Assembly: GCA_965229305.1 (NCBI GenBank)
Contig: CBDDIZ010000011.1
Span: 236 to 64,235, forward strand
Length of the DNA stretch: 64,000 bases
Origin: Bryobacteraceae bacterium
Lineage (GTDB): Bacteria; Acidobacteriota; Terriglobia; Bryobacterales; Bryobacteraceae
Reading direction: 5' to 3'
This document shows positions 22,483 to 32,336 of this stretch, one piece after another. Within the stretch, counting starts at the first letter, position 1. Each line of letters opens with the position of its first letter. Both the position numbers and the translations under genes were made by a program. The notes beneath the pieces are model-generated. The model was not told the origin of the DNA. It made no database searches and was given only the letters and a program-made list of their open reading frames with translations.

Positions 22483-23998
22483 CTTCTGTCAAGAGTTGAA
22501 GTTGGTTTGTTTGACGGGGGCTTCGCCCCTGCGACCCCAGGATTTATCGCTTTCGGGTAGACTGGTCGCGCGGAAGGGGCGACGCGAGTCGCCCCACCAG
22601 TCCACACTCAAGTCGACGCTCAGGTTGCATCCCTGCAGAGCCCTATCCTCCGCTTGAGCGTTTTGATTGTAGCCTGCGTTATGCCGATTCGGCGAGTGCC
22701 GGCTTACCGAAGGCCGGATCGTAGAGTGTGCCGGCTTGCAGCATGGCGATGAGGACGGCGAGCAGGCGATCTGTCACGCCGCGTAGCGCACGGCCATGAC
22801 TATGCCCCTTAGCGCGGAGTTGCTGATACTGCCGCTGACTGCGTTCATCATGTTGCGCACTGACGCGTGCCCAGTGATAAAACGCATTGCGCAAACGTAT
22901 GTTGCAACCTCGCCGCATCAGAACGACGCGGCTCTTCCCACTGCGGCGAGTAATGGGCGCTGCGCCGCCATAACTGCGGAGCGCATGATAGTCTCGATCC
23001 TGGATGGCTTCCGATGCCTCCGCGAGCATCGTGGCGGCTGCGACTCGACCCACTCCCGGCAAGGACAGGATGATAGCGGCGTCACGATGCTCATTGAGCT
23101 GCCCCGGTTCGCTGAGTTCGTTGAGGATCTCCGTAATCCGCGCCGCGACTTGTTCGCGCTGGACGCGCAACCGCCGGAGCAACGGCAGCAGGAACAGCAC
23201 GTGCTCGCTGGCGGCCTCCGCCGCGCCTGGCGCCAGGTATAACGCGGGTTCCCGCAGTTTCTTGAGCACATCGTCGGCGGTGTGGCGGCGAATGCGATGA
23301 CTTCTCAGCAGTTCCTCGACCTTCTTCTGCTTGAGTTTGCCGGCCTGCGCCGGCACCGGCGCCCACTCGACCAGCGTCCAGAACCAGGGCTCGTCCACAC
23401 CTGGGCACAAGTGCAGCATCTGAGGGTAATAGCGAACCAGCAGTTCGCGCAGTTGATGACCGAAGCGGACGGCTGTTTGCTGAAGATCCTCCTCGGTCTG
23501 CGACAGCTCACGTAGACGAATGATCAACGGGTCGTCTAGTTTGACACGCCGGAACAAGTGCATGTCCGTTCGCAGAGAATCGGCCAGTACCAACGCGTCG
23601 AACTGATCGCTCTTTGATCCAGCCACACAGTGCCGGTCGCGGAAGCGATCCATCTGCTTGGGGTTCAACGCGAAGACGGCGAATCCTCGCTCCAGCAGGC
23701 TTTCCACCACCGCGCCGCGCGGTGTCTCGATCGAGATCGCTACGCGTCCGGGTTGATTTTCACTGAGCTTCAACAGGCGCTCGATGAACTGAGCGATGCC
23801 GCTGCCGCTGTGCTCGATGGAGCCTTGCGCCACCGCCTTCCGGTCTGGCTGCAACGCGCAGAATTCGTGGGCTTCCTTCGCCCAATCAATGCCTACCAAC
23901 AATAACCAGTCTTCTTCTGGCATGGTCTCCTTTCCCACGACCAAGCCGCGAAGCCTCATCGAGCCCTGTACTGGTGCTCGCTGGCACAAACTCCCCAC
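22483..23998 (-). mobile_element. IS110-family insertion sequence (ends approximate)
   Basis: Single transposase gene sits between two unrelated chromosomal genes. No terminal inverted repeats, as usual for IS110. A 9-bp direct repeat ACTCCCCAC at 22474-22482 and 23990-23998 is the only boundary candidate and could be chance. Confidence 0.6.
22679..23923 (-). CDS. IS110-family transposase (DEDD RuvC-like N-domain + Transposase_20 C-domain)
   Basis: N-terminal VGIDWAKEAHEF. C-terminal helix-hairpin-helix LPGVGRVAAATMLAE. ATG at 23923 is preceded by GGAAAGGAGACC. Confidence 0.9.
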   Translation of the reverse strand: MPEEDWLLLVGIDWAKEAHEFCALQPDRKAVAQGSIEHSGSGIAQFIERLLKLSENQPGRVAISIETPRGAVVESLLERGFAVFALNPKQMDRFRDRHCVAGSKSDQFDALVLADSLRTDMHLFRRVKLDDPLIIRLRELSQTEEDLQQTAVRFGHQLRELLVRYYPQMLHLCPGVDEPWFWTLVEWAPVPAQAGKLKQKKVEELLRSHRIRRHTADDVLKKLREPALYLAPGAAEAASEHVLFLLPLLRRLRVQREQVAARITEILNELSEPGQLNEHRDAAIILSLPGVGRVAAATMLAEASEAIQDRDYHALRSYGGAAPITRRSGKSRVVLMRRGCNIRLRNAFYHWARVSAQHDERSQRQYQQLRAKGHSHGRALRGVTDRLLAVLIAMLQAGTLYDPAFGKPALAESA

Positions 23999-24160
23999 AG
24001 GACGTGCTCCACGGCCGCCCTGCGGCGGCGCACGTCCCCCCCAGGCGCTCTGTCGCAGGGGGCAAATATGGCGCTCGCCGCATTGTGGCCGAGTCTAGCT
24101 TCCTTCTACTACGGAAGCTGGTTCAAGGGTACAGGGCGTGCATTCCACGCGCGGCTCGTA

Positions 24161-24166
24161 TATAAT
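24161..24166 (+). promoter_or_regulatory. Candidate -10 box (TATAAT) for the third TonB-dependent receptor
   Basis: Perfect TATAAT lies 36 nt upstream of the ATG at 24202. No convincing -35. SD AAGGGAGGG at 24186-24194. Confidence 0.3.
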
Positions 24167-24201
24167 CCTGCCAATTCTTTTAGGTTAAGGGAGGGTTCAT
24201 C

Positions 24202-27200
24202 ATGAACCTATGCTGCCGCGGAGCCGCCTTGTTGCTGCTCGCCAGTGTTTCGATCCATGCGCAGGACGTCCGCGCGCGCGTCCAGGGACTCGTCACCGAT
24301 TCCTCACAAGCCGCGATTGCTGGTGCCGAAGTGGTGTTGCTGAACACCGCCACCAACGTCGCGGCCACCACCAAGACCAACGCCAGTGGACAGTACCTGT
24401 TTGACTTCGTCATCGCCGGTGAGTACAGCGTCACCGTCGAGTCCACCGGCTTCCGGAAGTTCGTCCAGAAAAACATTGTCGTGCAAAGCCGCGGTGACCT
24501 CACCGTTGATGCGCGCCTGGAACTCGGCGCCACCACCGAAGCGATCACCGTCGAAGGCGCCCCGGTCTCCGTGCAGTTCAACTCCTCCACCGTCGGTCTC
24601 ACGATCGACAAAAAAATGACCAACGAACTGCCCATCATCAATCGCAATCCTTTCCTGTTGGCGCAGTTGAATCCCGCCTCCGTTCTGCGCTCCACCACCG
24701 AGCAGAGCCCCTATCATCACTGGGCCTCCACGCAAATCGACGTCGGCGGCAACACGTCGACGAAGAACGACGTGGTGGTCGACGGCTCGCCCAACATGGC
24801 TTCGGAGAAGTCTTCCTACACGCCCACCATGGACGCGGTGCAGGAAGTCAGCGTGCAGCAGAACGCGGTGGATGCTGAGTTCGGCCACTCCGCCGGCGGC
24901 ATCATTACGGTGCAGATGAAGTCGGGCACCAACGCCTTCCACGGCACCGGTTACTACCTCGGCCGCAATCCCAGCATTAACGCCGTCGCCGACCAGATCA
25001 CCCGCCGCGCTAATCTGACGCGCAATCACATCTGGGGCGGCACGCTCGGCTCGCCCATCGTCCGCAACAAGATCTTCAACTTCGCCGCCTATGAAGAGTG
25101 GCGTAGTCAGGACCCGCGCTCGGTCGCTTTCACCATGCCCACGGACCTCGAACGAACCGGCGACTTCTCCAAGAGCCTCAACGCCCGCGGCGGCCTTCGC
25201 GCCATCTACAACCCCTTCACCACCGTCCTCAACGCCGATGGCACCGCCTCGCGTATGCCCTATCCCGGCAACATCATCCCCGTCAGTCAACAGGATCCCG
25301 TCGGCCGCCGCGTGATGAACGATATCTGGAAGCCTAATCTGGCGGGCACCGGCAGCGACTTGGTGAATAACTATCGCGCCGGGTTTGCCGAACGCGTCAA
25401 ATACTGGAACCTCTCGGACCGGGTCGATTGGAACGCCTCCGACAAGCTCAAAGTCTTCGGCCGCTACTCCATGTTCAAGACCTTCGTCACGCAGGACAAC
25501 TACGCGAACTCCGTCGCCGTTCAGCCCAACGGCAGCGAACGTCACGCTTGGACCACCGTGGGCGACGTCGTCTATACGCTCAGCGCCAGCACCGTCCTCA
25601 ACGTGCGCGGTGGCTACAATCGCATCTTCGATTCCTTCGCCGTCGCCGAGTCGCAGATCACCAGCGCCAAGCTCACCGAAATCCTCGGCGGCGATTGGCA
25701 CACCGCCTACTCGAAGAACGACCCCGCTCTTTACTACCCCGGCTTCACCGTCCGCCGTGGACCTTCGGCCGCCACGCTCGGCCGCACCGGTTACTGGTAT
25801 CAGGACCCCGACACTTACAACCTCCAATCGAAGGTCTCCCACGCTCGCGGCCGTCATTACTTCAAAGTCGGCGGCGAGTGGCGCTTACAGCGCGTGGTCG
25901 CCGTCCGTCCGCGTCCCATCTCCTTCGACATCCGTCAGGAACTTACGGCCAGTACGTTCCTGAATCCGGACCTCAACGTCTCGGGCGATGCTTGGGCCAC
26001 GCTGCTGGTTGGCGCGCTCGATACCAACACGCTGATCCAGTCTCTGCCTGTGCAGCGTCATCGTAATCGTTTCTACAGCCTCTATTTTCATGACGACATT
26101 AAGGTGTCGCAGCGCCTCACGATCAACGTCGGTCTGCGCTACGAGTACGAGTCGCCGCTGGTGGACCCGGAGAATCGCCTCTCGCGGTATCTTGACCTCA
26201 ACTCGCCCATTCCCGAGTTCCAAGGCTCTCGCGCGCCGGTGATCCCCGCCGCTGCCACCGCCTTGCGCAAGGAGTCTCCCATCTTCAACGGCGCCTGGAT
26301 CTTCACCGACGATGCGAATCGCGGCTCCTGGAATGCTCAGAAACTCCTGTTCATGCCTCGCCTGGGCCTGGCCTACCGCTTGAACGATAAGTCCTCGCTG
26401 CGCGTCGGCTATGCGCGCTACTTGGTCCCGGCTTCGCTCACCGACGGCCTGGACGTGCTGGGCAGCGTCTTCTACCCTGGCTTTGAAGCCACCAGTCGCG
26501 GCTTGCCCCTGCTCTCCGGCGTCCCGCAGTCCACGCTTCGCAATCCCTTCCCTGGCGGTCTGGTGCCGGTCAGCGGCAAGTCTTTCGGCCGTTACACCGA
26601 CCTCGGCGGCGCCCCTATCTTCTACAACCAGGACTTCCAGGTCGGTGTGAACGACCGTTACAACATCAGCCTCCAGCGCGCCCTGCCGGGACAAATGGTG
26701 GTGGATGCCACTTACTTCTTCAACATCGGCCGCAACGCCCCCGTCACGCGCAACCTGAATCAGGTCGACCCGCGCATCGGCTATGAACGTGGTGCCGCCA
26801 CTGCGGCCAACGTCGCAAATCCCTTCTTCAACCTGTTACCGGCCGAGCAGATGCCCGGTCAGTTGCGCACGCAATCCAGCGTGCCGATCTCGCAGTTGCT
26901 GCGCCTCTATCCGCAGTACGGCGACATCCAACAGCGCTTGAAAGGCATCGGCAAGAGCCGTTACCAGGCCTTGCAGATTCAGGTCCAGCGGCCTTTCGTC
27001 AAGGGCTTCAACATGGTGGTGGGTTACAACTACAATCGCGAGCGCAATCACGAGTATTACGACGAGCTCGATAACTACCTCAACAACCTCACCTTCCAGC
27101 CGGCCGTCAATCCGCGCCACCGCCTCACCGGCGCTTCCATCTATCAGCTGCCTTTCGGCAAAGGCAGAACCTTCATGTCGAATGCGAATCGCCTGGTCGA

Positions 27201-27621
27201 TGGCGTCTTCGGCGGCTGGTCGCTCAGCGGTCTCTTCTCGATCAACAGCGGCCAGTATCTGCGCTTCGGCGGCTTGCTGGTGAGTGGCGACCCGGCCATC
27301 GACAACCCCACGCGCGACCGCGTCTTCGACACCTCGAAGTTCCAGCGCCTGCCCGCCTTCACCCGCCGTACCAATCCCCTGCAGTACAGCGACGTCAAGT
27401 CGGCCATGTTCAAGAATCTTGACCTCACCCTGGCCAAGAACTTCGTCATCACCGAGCGCCTGAAGTTCGAGCTGCGCATGGAAAGCTACAACGCCACCAA
27501 CAGCTTCAATGGCGACCTGCCCAGCACCGCTTTCGGCACCTCCGCCTTCGGCGCCGTCACCGCGCAGCGCCCGGGTTATCTGGGCCGGCAATTCCAATAC
27601 AGCGGCCGCTTTACTTGGTAG
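24202..27621 (+). CDS. TonB-dependent receptor with carboxypeptidase-regulatory-like domain (1139 aa)
   Basis: Signal peptide ..SVSIHAQD. GLVTDSSQAAIAGAEVVLLNTATN..SGQYLFDFVIAGEYSVTVESTGFR. C-terminal GRFTW. Confidence 0.9.
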   Translation: MNLCCRGAALLLLASVSIHAQDVRARVQGLVTDSSQAAIAGAEVVLLNTATNVAATTKTNASGQYLFDFVIAGEYSVTVESTGFRKFVQKNIVVQSRGDLTVDARLELGATTEAITVEGAPVSVQFNSSTVGLTIDKKMTNELPIINRNPFLLAQLNPASVLRSTTEQSPYHHWASTQIDVGGNTSTKNDVVVDGSPNMASEKSSYTPTMDAVQEVSVQQNAVDAEFGHSAGGIITVQMKSGTNAFHGTGYYLGRNPSINAVADQITRRANLTRNHIWGGTLGSPIVRNKIFNFAAYEEWRSQDPRSVAFTMPTDLERTGDFSKSLNARGGLRAIYNPFTTVLNADGTASRMPYPGNIIPVSQQDPVGRRVMNDIWKPNLAGTGSDLVNNYRAGFAERVKYWNLSDRVDWNASDKLKVFGRYSMFKTFVTQDNYANSVAVQPNGSERHAWTTVGDVVYTLSASTVLNVRGGYNRIFDSFAVAESQITSAKLTEILGGDWHTAYSKNDPALYYPGFTVRRGPSAATLGRTGYWYQDPDTYNLQSKVSHARGRHYFKVGGEWRLQRVVAVRPRPISFDIRQELTASTFLNPDLNVSGDAWATLLVGALDTNTLIQSLPVQRHRNRFYSLYFHDDIKVSQRLTINVGLRYEYESPLVDPENRLSRYLDLNSPIPEFQGSRAPVIPAAATALRKESPIFNGAWIFTDDANRGSWNAQKLLFMPRLGLAYRLNDKSSLRVGYARYLVPASLTDGLDVLGSVFYPGFEATSRGLPLLSGVPQSTLRNPFPGGLVPVSGKSFGRYTDLGGAPIFYNQDFQVGVNDRYNISLQRALPGQMVVDATYFFNIGRNAPVTRNLNQVDPRIGYERGAATAANVANPFFNLLPAEQMPGQLRTQSSVPISQLLRLYPQYGDIQQRLKGIGKSRYQALQIQVQRPFVKGFNMVVGYNYNRERNHEYYDELDNYLNNLTFQPAVNPRHRLTGASIYQLPFGKGRTFMSNANRLVDGVFGGWSLSGLFSINSGQYLRFGGLLVSGDPAIDNPTRDRVFDTSKFQRLPAFTRRTNPLQYSDVKSAMFKNLDLTLAKNFVITERLKFELRMESYNATNSFNGDLPSTAFGTSAFGAVTAQRPGYLGRQFQYSGRFTW

Positions 27622-28481
27622 CAGCGCTGTACTTAGTCCTGGTGGCGCAGGATTTCGCCGGAACGAAAGCCTGCGCCGCCTGTCACGCCGAGATCGTGCA
27701 GAAACAGCAGCGCACTCATCATGCCCGCGCCCTTCAGCGCGGTGCTGACGGCCGTTGGGCCTTTGGCGCCGGCGCCCAGGCCATCACCTACGTCTCGCCC
27801 GCGGACGAAGACCATTACGTCGAACACGGCCTCTCCTGGTACCGCAAGACTCAGGCGCTCGCCCTCACGCCCGGCCACCCCAACGCGGCCGGCGTTCGCT
27901 ATCCCACCTTCAGCCCCGATGCCAACATCCTGCGTTGCTTTCAGTGCCATTCCACCGGCCAACTCACTTTGACGCCTCAGCGGACAGTGCAGCCCGCTGA
28001 AGAGGGCGTCCGCTGCGAGACCTGCCACGGACCCGGCCGCGCCCACGCTGCCGCACCCTCCGCCGCCAACATCGGTAACCCGCGTCGCCTCACCGCCGCC
28101 CAGATCAACGAGACCTGCGGCGAGTGCCATCGCATGCCTCCCGCGAAAGGCGTTGCGACCAACTTCGAGAACCCCTGGAACGTACGTCACCAGCCCGTCT
28201 ATTTCAGTCAAAGCGCGTGCTTCCTGAAAAGCGGCGGACGCCTCTCCTGCCTCACCTGCCACAACCCCCACGAAGACACGCCCGTCGACGCGCAATGCGC
28301 CTCGTGTCATCCGCAGGCGAAGCACCGCACGCCCGTCTCCGGTACGTGCGTCTCCTGTCACATGCCGGTGGTGAAGCCTTCTGACTTACTCGGCTTTGCG
28401 AATCATTGGATCGGCGTTTATCGCTCAACGGGTCCCGGCGCGAATCTGCTCCGCCCGCGCCCGCAAGGGAGCGGCCGTTGA
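27615..28481 (+). CDS. Heptahaem c-type cytochrome
   Basis: Seven CXXCH motifs: CAACH, CFQCH, CETCH, CGECH, CLTCH, CASCH, CVSCH. TTG start overlaps the receptor stop codon, so the start is uncertain. Confidence 0.8.
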   Translation: MVAALYLVLVAQDFAGTKACAACHAEIVQKQQRTHHARALQRGADGRWAFGAGAQAITYVSPADEDHYVEHGLSWYRKTQALALTPGHPNAAGVRYPTFSPDANILRCFQCHSTGQLTLTPQRTVQPAEEGVRCETCHGPGRAHAAAPSAANIGNPRRLTAAQINETCGECHRMPPAKGVATNFENPWNVRHQPVYFSQSACFLKSGGRLSCLTCHNPHEDTPVDAQCASCHPQAKHRTPVSGTCVSCHMPVVKPSDLLGFANHWIGVYRSTGPGANLLRPRPQGSGR

Positions 28482-29117
28482 CTGCCGGTTGGTCTGCTCC
28501 AGTAAATCGGCCAGATTCTCCAGCGCCGCGGCCGTCTCCGGCGCCTTGGGCCCGTGCGCCTTCTCGGCGATCGCGAGCGCGCGGCGAAAGTAAGTTTCAC
28601 TGCCGGCGACGTCACCCGCCATGGCGGAAAGCGCGCCCAGCATGCCGCACGCCGCCCCCGTCCGCGCATCCTGCGGTCCCAGTTGCTTCTCGAACACGGC
28701 AAGCGCACTCGCTGCCAGAGGCTTGGCTTCGGCCATGCCCCGGGCCAGCAGGAGCCCCGCGAGATTCAACCGCGTAACGGCCAACTCGACGTCGCCCGCC
28801 GGTAACGCTCGCACCCGAATCGCGAGCGCCCGCCGGTAGAGTTGCTCCGCCGTCGCGGCGTCCGTCGTCTCCAGGTGTACCGCCCAGTTATGCAGGATCG
28901 TGGCGGCCGCGGGCGTCGACGAAGTGCCGAGCGCGGCAGAGAGGTAAGGCGAGGCTGCGGCATAGTCGCCGCGCGACGCCAGATAGAGCGCCAGATCCCG
29001 CGCGCTTTCCATCGTCTGGCGAGCGGTCGGTCCCAGAGTTTGTTGACGCTGCTCGAGCGCCTGCCGGTAGAGCGGCGAAAAGTCCGTAATTGGTTGCGCG
29101 AGGAAGAACAGCAACAT
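28425..29117 (-). CDS. TPR-repeat protein (TPR_12-like)
   Basis: Repeats of the AEQLYRRALAIRV / ETYFRRALAIAEKAHGP type. 3' end overlaps the cytochrome gene convergently by 57 nt. Confidence 0.7.
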   Translation of the reverse strand: MLLFFLAQPITDFSPLYRQALEQRQQTLGPTARQTMESARDLALYLASRGDYAAASPYLSAALGTSSTPAAATILHNWAVHLETTDAATAEQLYRRALAIRVRALPAGDVELAVTRLNLAGLLLARGMAEAKPLAASALAVFEKQLGPQDARTGAACGMLGALSAMAGDVAGSETYFRRALAIAEKAHGPKAPETAAALENLADLLEQTNRQSTAAPLRARAEQIRAGTR

Positions 29118-29201
29118 GCGCTTTCGTAGTCAAAGATATCGCGTCGCACGGCCTGCTGGGCCGGGCAGCGCCCACAACGAGCTTGATATATTCGAGGTCC
29201 C

Positions 29202-31061
29202 ATGCACCGCCGACAGTTTCTAAAGCACACCGCTGGGGCCGCCGTTTTGTCGACGGCGGCGGCTCAGGCCGCGCCCAACCCGCGCGCGAAAGAATGGAAT
29301 CACTATGGCGGCGACGCTGGCGCCTCCCGCTATTCGCCTTGCGCCAAGATCACCAAGGCGAACGTCGCGAAGCTCAAAGTCGCCTGGACCCATCGCACCG
29401 GCGACGCCAGCTTGCGCCCCGCCACCGTCATCGAATGCACGCCCATTGTCGTCGATGGCGTCATGTATCTCTCCACCGCGCGCAACAAAGTGCAGGCTCT
29501 CGAGGCCGCCACCGGCAAACTCCTCTGGACCTTCGATCCCGGCCAGGGCGGCAGTGCCGGCTCGCGCCGCGCCCCCGGCATCTCGCGCGCCGTCACTTAC
29601 TGGGAATCCGGCGACGACCAACGCCTCTTCCACGCCTATCGTGATCAGCTTTGGGCCATCAACGCGAAGACCGGTCAGCCGGTCGCCTCCTTCGGCAAGG
29701 GCGGCATGATCGACCTCAAGCAGGACTTCGATCACGATATGTCGAAGCTCACCTTCAAGCATTCGAGCCCCGTGGTCGTCTACCGCAACGTCGTCATCAC
29801 CGGCGGCGGTGGCGGCGAAGGACCCTACCCCGAAGCTCCCGGCCACATCCGCGGCTTCGACGCCCTCACCGGCCAGCGCCTCTGGATCTTCCACACCGTT
29901 CCGAAGCCCGGCGAGTTCGGCCACGACACCTGGAGCGGCGATTCCTGGCAGTACACCGGCGGCACCAACAACTGGGGCGGCATGAGCGTCGACGAGAAAC
30001 GCGGCGTCGTCTACGCCGGCATCGGCTCGCCCAGCTTCGACTATTGGGGCGGCAATCGCCAGGGCAACAACCTCTTCGGCAACTGCGTCCTCGCACTCGA
30101 TGCGCTCACCGGTCAACGCAAGTGGCACTACCAGATCGTGCACCACGACGTCTGGGATTACGACATGCCCGCGCAGCCGGCCCTGGTTACCATCAAGCGC
30201 AATGGCAAAACGATCGATGCCGTCGTGCAGCCCACCAAGCAGTCCTATCTGTACTTCCTCGACCGCGATACAGGCCAGCCCATCTACGGCGTGGAGGAGC
30301 GTCCCGCACCTGCCGCCACCATGCCCGGTGAAGTCCTCTCCAAGACGCAGCCCCATCCGCTCAAGCCGCCGCCGCTTTCTCGCCAGGGCTTCCGCGCCGA
30401 GTGGATCACCGATATCAGCCCCGAAGCGCACGAGCACGTGAAGGCGCAGGTAGAGAAAGTCTCTTACGGCGATCTCTTCCACCCCGCCCCGATGACCGGC
30501 GGCATTGTTCATCCTGGCTTCCGCGGGGGCATGCTCTGGGGCGGCTGCAGCTTCGATCCCAAACGCAATCGCCTCTTCGCCAACTCGGACGAAGCCACCA
30601 ACGTCATCAGCTTCAAAGAAGCCGGCCCCGGCATGAACGTCCGCTTCGCTCTCGCGCAGCGCGCCGAGTTGGTCGACCACGAGGGTTACCCCGGCATCAA
30701 GCCGCCGTGGGGCTACCTCACGGCGGTCGATGCCAACAAGGGCGAGTTCGCCTGGCGCGTCGTCAATGGCGAGTTCCCCGAGCTCAAGAAGCGAGGCCTC
30801 AAGAAGACCGGCACTCCGTCCAACGGCGGTAGCATCTGCACGGCGGGCGGCGTCGTCTTCATGGCGGGCACCTTCGACAAGATGATGCGCGCGTTTGACT
30901 CCGATACCGGCGCCATCCTTTGGGAGTACGAACTGCCCGAATGTGGCTTCGCCACGCCCGCCACCTACGAGGTCAACGGCCGGCAGTTCGTCGTCATCGC
31001 CGCCGGAGGTGGTAGAAAGGGATCGAAGGCGCATGATGAGTTTGTGGCGTTCTCCCTCTAA
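29202..31061 (+). CDS. Periplasmic PQQ-dependent dehydrogenase (quinoprotein, 8-bladed propeller)
   Basis: Tat signal RRQFLKHTAGAAVLSTAAAQA. N-terminal WNHYGGDAGASRYSP..ITKANVAKLKVAW is typical of PQQ dehydrogenases. W-rich propeller repeats. Confidence 0.85.
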   Translation: MHRRQFLKHTAGAAVLSTAAAQAAPNPRAKEWNHYGGDAGASRYSPCAKITKANVAKLKVAWTHRTGDASLRPATVIECTPIVVDGVMYLSTARNKVQALEAATGKLLWTFDPGQGGSAGSRRAPGISRAVTYWESGDDQRLFHAYRDQLWAINAKTGQPVASFGKGGMIDLKQDFDHDMSKLTFKHSSPVVVYRNVVITGGGGGEGPYPEAPGHIRGFDALTGQRLWIFHTVPKPGEFGHDTWSGDSWQYTGGTNNWGGMSVDEKRGVVYAGIGSPSFDYWGGNRQGNNLFGNCVLALDALTGQRKWHYQIVHHDVWDYDMPAQPALVTIKRNGKTIDAVVQPTKQSYLYFLDRDTGQPIYGVEERPAPAATMPGEVLSKTQPHPLKPPPLSRQGFRAEWITDISPEAHEHVKAQVEKVSYGDLFHPAPMTGGIVHPGFRGGMLWGGCSFDPKRNRLFANSDEATNVISFKEAGPGMNVRFALAQRAELVDHEGYPGIKPPWGYLTAVDANKGEFAWRVVNGEFPELKKRGLKKTGTPSNGGSICTAGGVVFMAGTFDKMMRAFDSDTGAILWEYELPECGFATPATYEVNGRQFVVIAAGGGRKGSKAHDEFVAFSL

Positions 31062-31560
31062 GTGGTGTTGGCTGCTGGTCGCGATGCTCGCGGCCCAACA
31101 GCCGGATCGTCGTCAGAAAGAAGAGAAGCTTCCCGGCGACCCGGTTCCGCAGCCCATCGCCTACAGTCACAAGACCCACCTCGCGCAAGGCCTCAAATGC
31201 GCCAACTGCCACACCATGCCCGGCGAGGGCGAAGCGGCTACCTTCCCCAAAGAATCCACCTGCATGGGCTGCCACACGTCGATCAAAACCGATAGCCCCG
31301 AAATTCACAAGCTCGCCGACTTCGCCGCGAAGAAACAATCCGTCCCTTGGGCGCGCGTCTATCGCCTCCCGGACTTCGTCTGGTTCAGCCACGCGCTCCA
31401 TGTCAAGGTTGCGAAGACCGATTGCGCCGTCTGTCATGGCCAGGTCGCCGAGCGTGACGTGCTCTTCCAGGAGAAGTCGCTCAGCATGGCCACCTGCATG
31501 TCCTGCCATTCGAAACAAGGCGCCCCCAACGGCTGCGACGTCTGCCACGCCACGCAGTAA
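31033..31560 (+). CDS. Membrane-anchored pentahaem c-type cytochrome (c3/c7/ActA-like)
   Basis: Five CXXCH motifs: CANCH, CMGCH, CAVCH, CMSCH, CDVCH. N-terminal anchor WCWLLVAMLAA. ATG at 31033 overlaps the PQQ gene 3' end by 29 nt. Confidence 0.8.
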   Translation: MMSLWRSPSKWCWLLVAMLAAQQPDRRQKEEKLPGDPVPQPIAYSHKTHLAQGLKCANCHTMPGEGEAATFPKESTCMGCHTSIKTDSPEIHKLADFAAKKQSVPWARVYRLPDFVWFSHALHVKVAKTDCAVCHGQVAERDVLFQEKSLSMATCMSCHSKQGAPNGCDVCHATQ

Positions 31561-31562
31561 AC

Positions 31563-32336
31563 GTGAAGATCGCCACCTTCAACATCAACAACATCAACAA
31601 GCGCCTGGAGAATCTCCTCGCCTGGTTGAAGGCGGAGCAGCCGGACGTCGCCTGCCTGCAGGAGCTCAAGGCCGAACACTCCGCTTTCCCCGCCGCTACC
31701 TTGCGCGACGCGGGCTATGCAGCAGTCTGGCAAGGGGAGCGCTCCTGGAATGGCGTCGCTATCCTCGCCAGGGGCGCCGCTCCCGTCCTCACCCGCACAG
31801 CCCTTCCTGGCGACCCGGCGGATCGCCAGGCCCGCTACATCGAAGCTGCCGTCGGTGGCGTGCTCATCTCGTCGCTGTATCTCCCCAACGGCAATCCGCA
31901 GCCCGGGCCCAAGTTCTCTTACAAGCTTGCTTGGTTCGAGCGACTCCACCAACACGCCGCCGCCCTGCATCAAGCCGGCGTCCCCGTCGTTCTCGCCGGC
32001 GACTACAACGTCGTCCCCACCGTCGACGACATCTACCCCACGCGCTCGCTCGACGACAACGCCCTCATCCAACCCGCCAGCCGCGCGGCCTACGCCCGCC
32101 TGCTCGCGCAAGGCTGGACGGACTCTTTACGCGCGCTCTATCCCACCGGGCCGCTCTGGACCTTCTGGGACTACAAGCGCGAACGCTGGCCTGCCGATAA
32201 AGGCATGCGCCTGGATCATTTGCTCCTCTCGCCGCCCTTGGTGCCGCACCTTCGCCAGGCCGGCATGGACCGCTGGGTCCGCGGTGAAGAGAACGCCAGC
32301 GACCATGCTCCCGCCTGGATCATCCTCGACCTCTAA
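31563..32336 (+). CDS. xthA: Exodeoxyribonuclease III
   Basis: IATFNINNINKR, CLQELK, WNGVAILAR, LAGDYNV, SDHAPAWIILDL. GTG start. Confidence 0.9.
   Translation: MKIATFNINNINKRLENLLAWLKAEQPDVACLQELKAEHSAFPAATLRDAGYAAVWQGERSWNGVAILARGAAPVLTRTALPGDPADRQARYIEAAVGGVLISSLYLPNGNPQPGPKFSYKLAWFERLHQHAAALHQAGVPVVLAGDYNVVPTVDDIYPTRSLDDNALIQPASRAAYARLLAQGWTDSLRALYPTGPLWTFWDYKRERWPADKGMRLDHLLLSPPLVPHLRQAGMDRWVRGEENASDHAPAWIILDL

Noticed and set aside
22474-23998. 9-bp direct repeat ACTCCCCAC as proven target-site duplication of the IS110 element
   Set aside because: A 9-mer match between two ~250-bp GC-rich flanks could be chance, and IS110 elements often make no duplication. It is kept only as a boundary hint.
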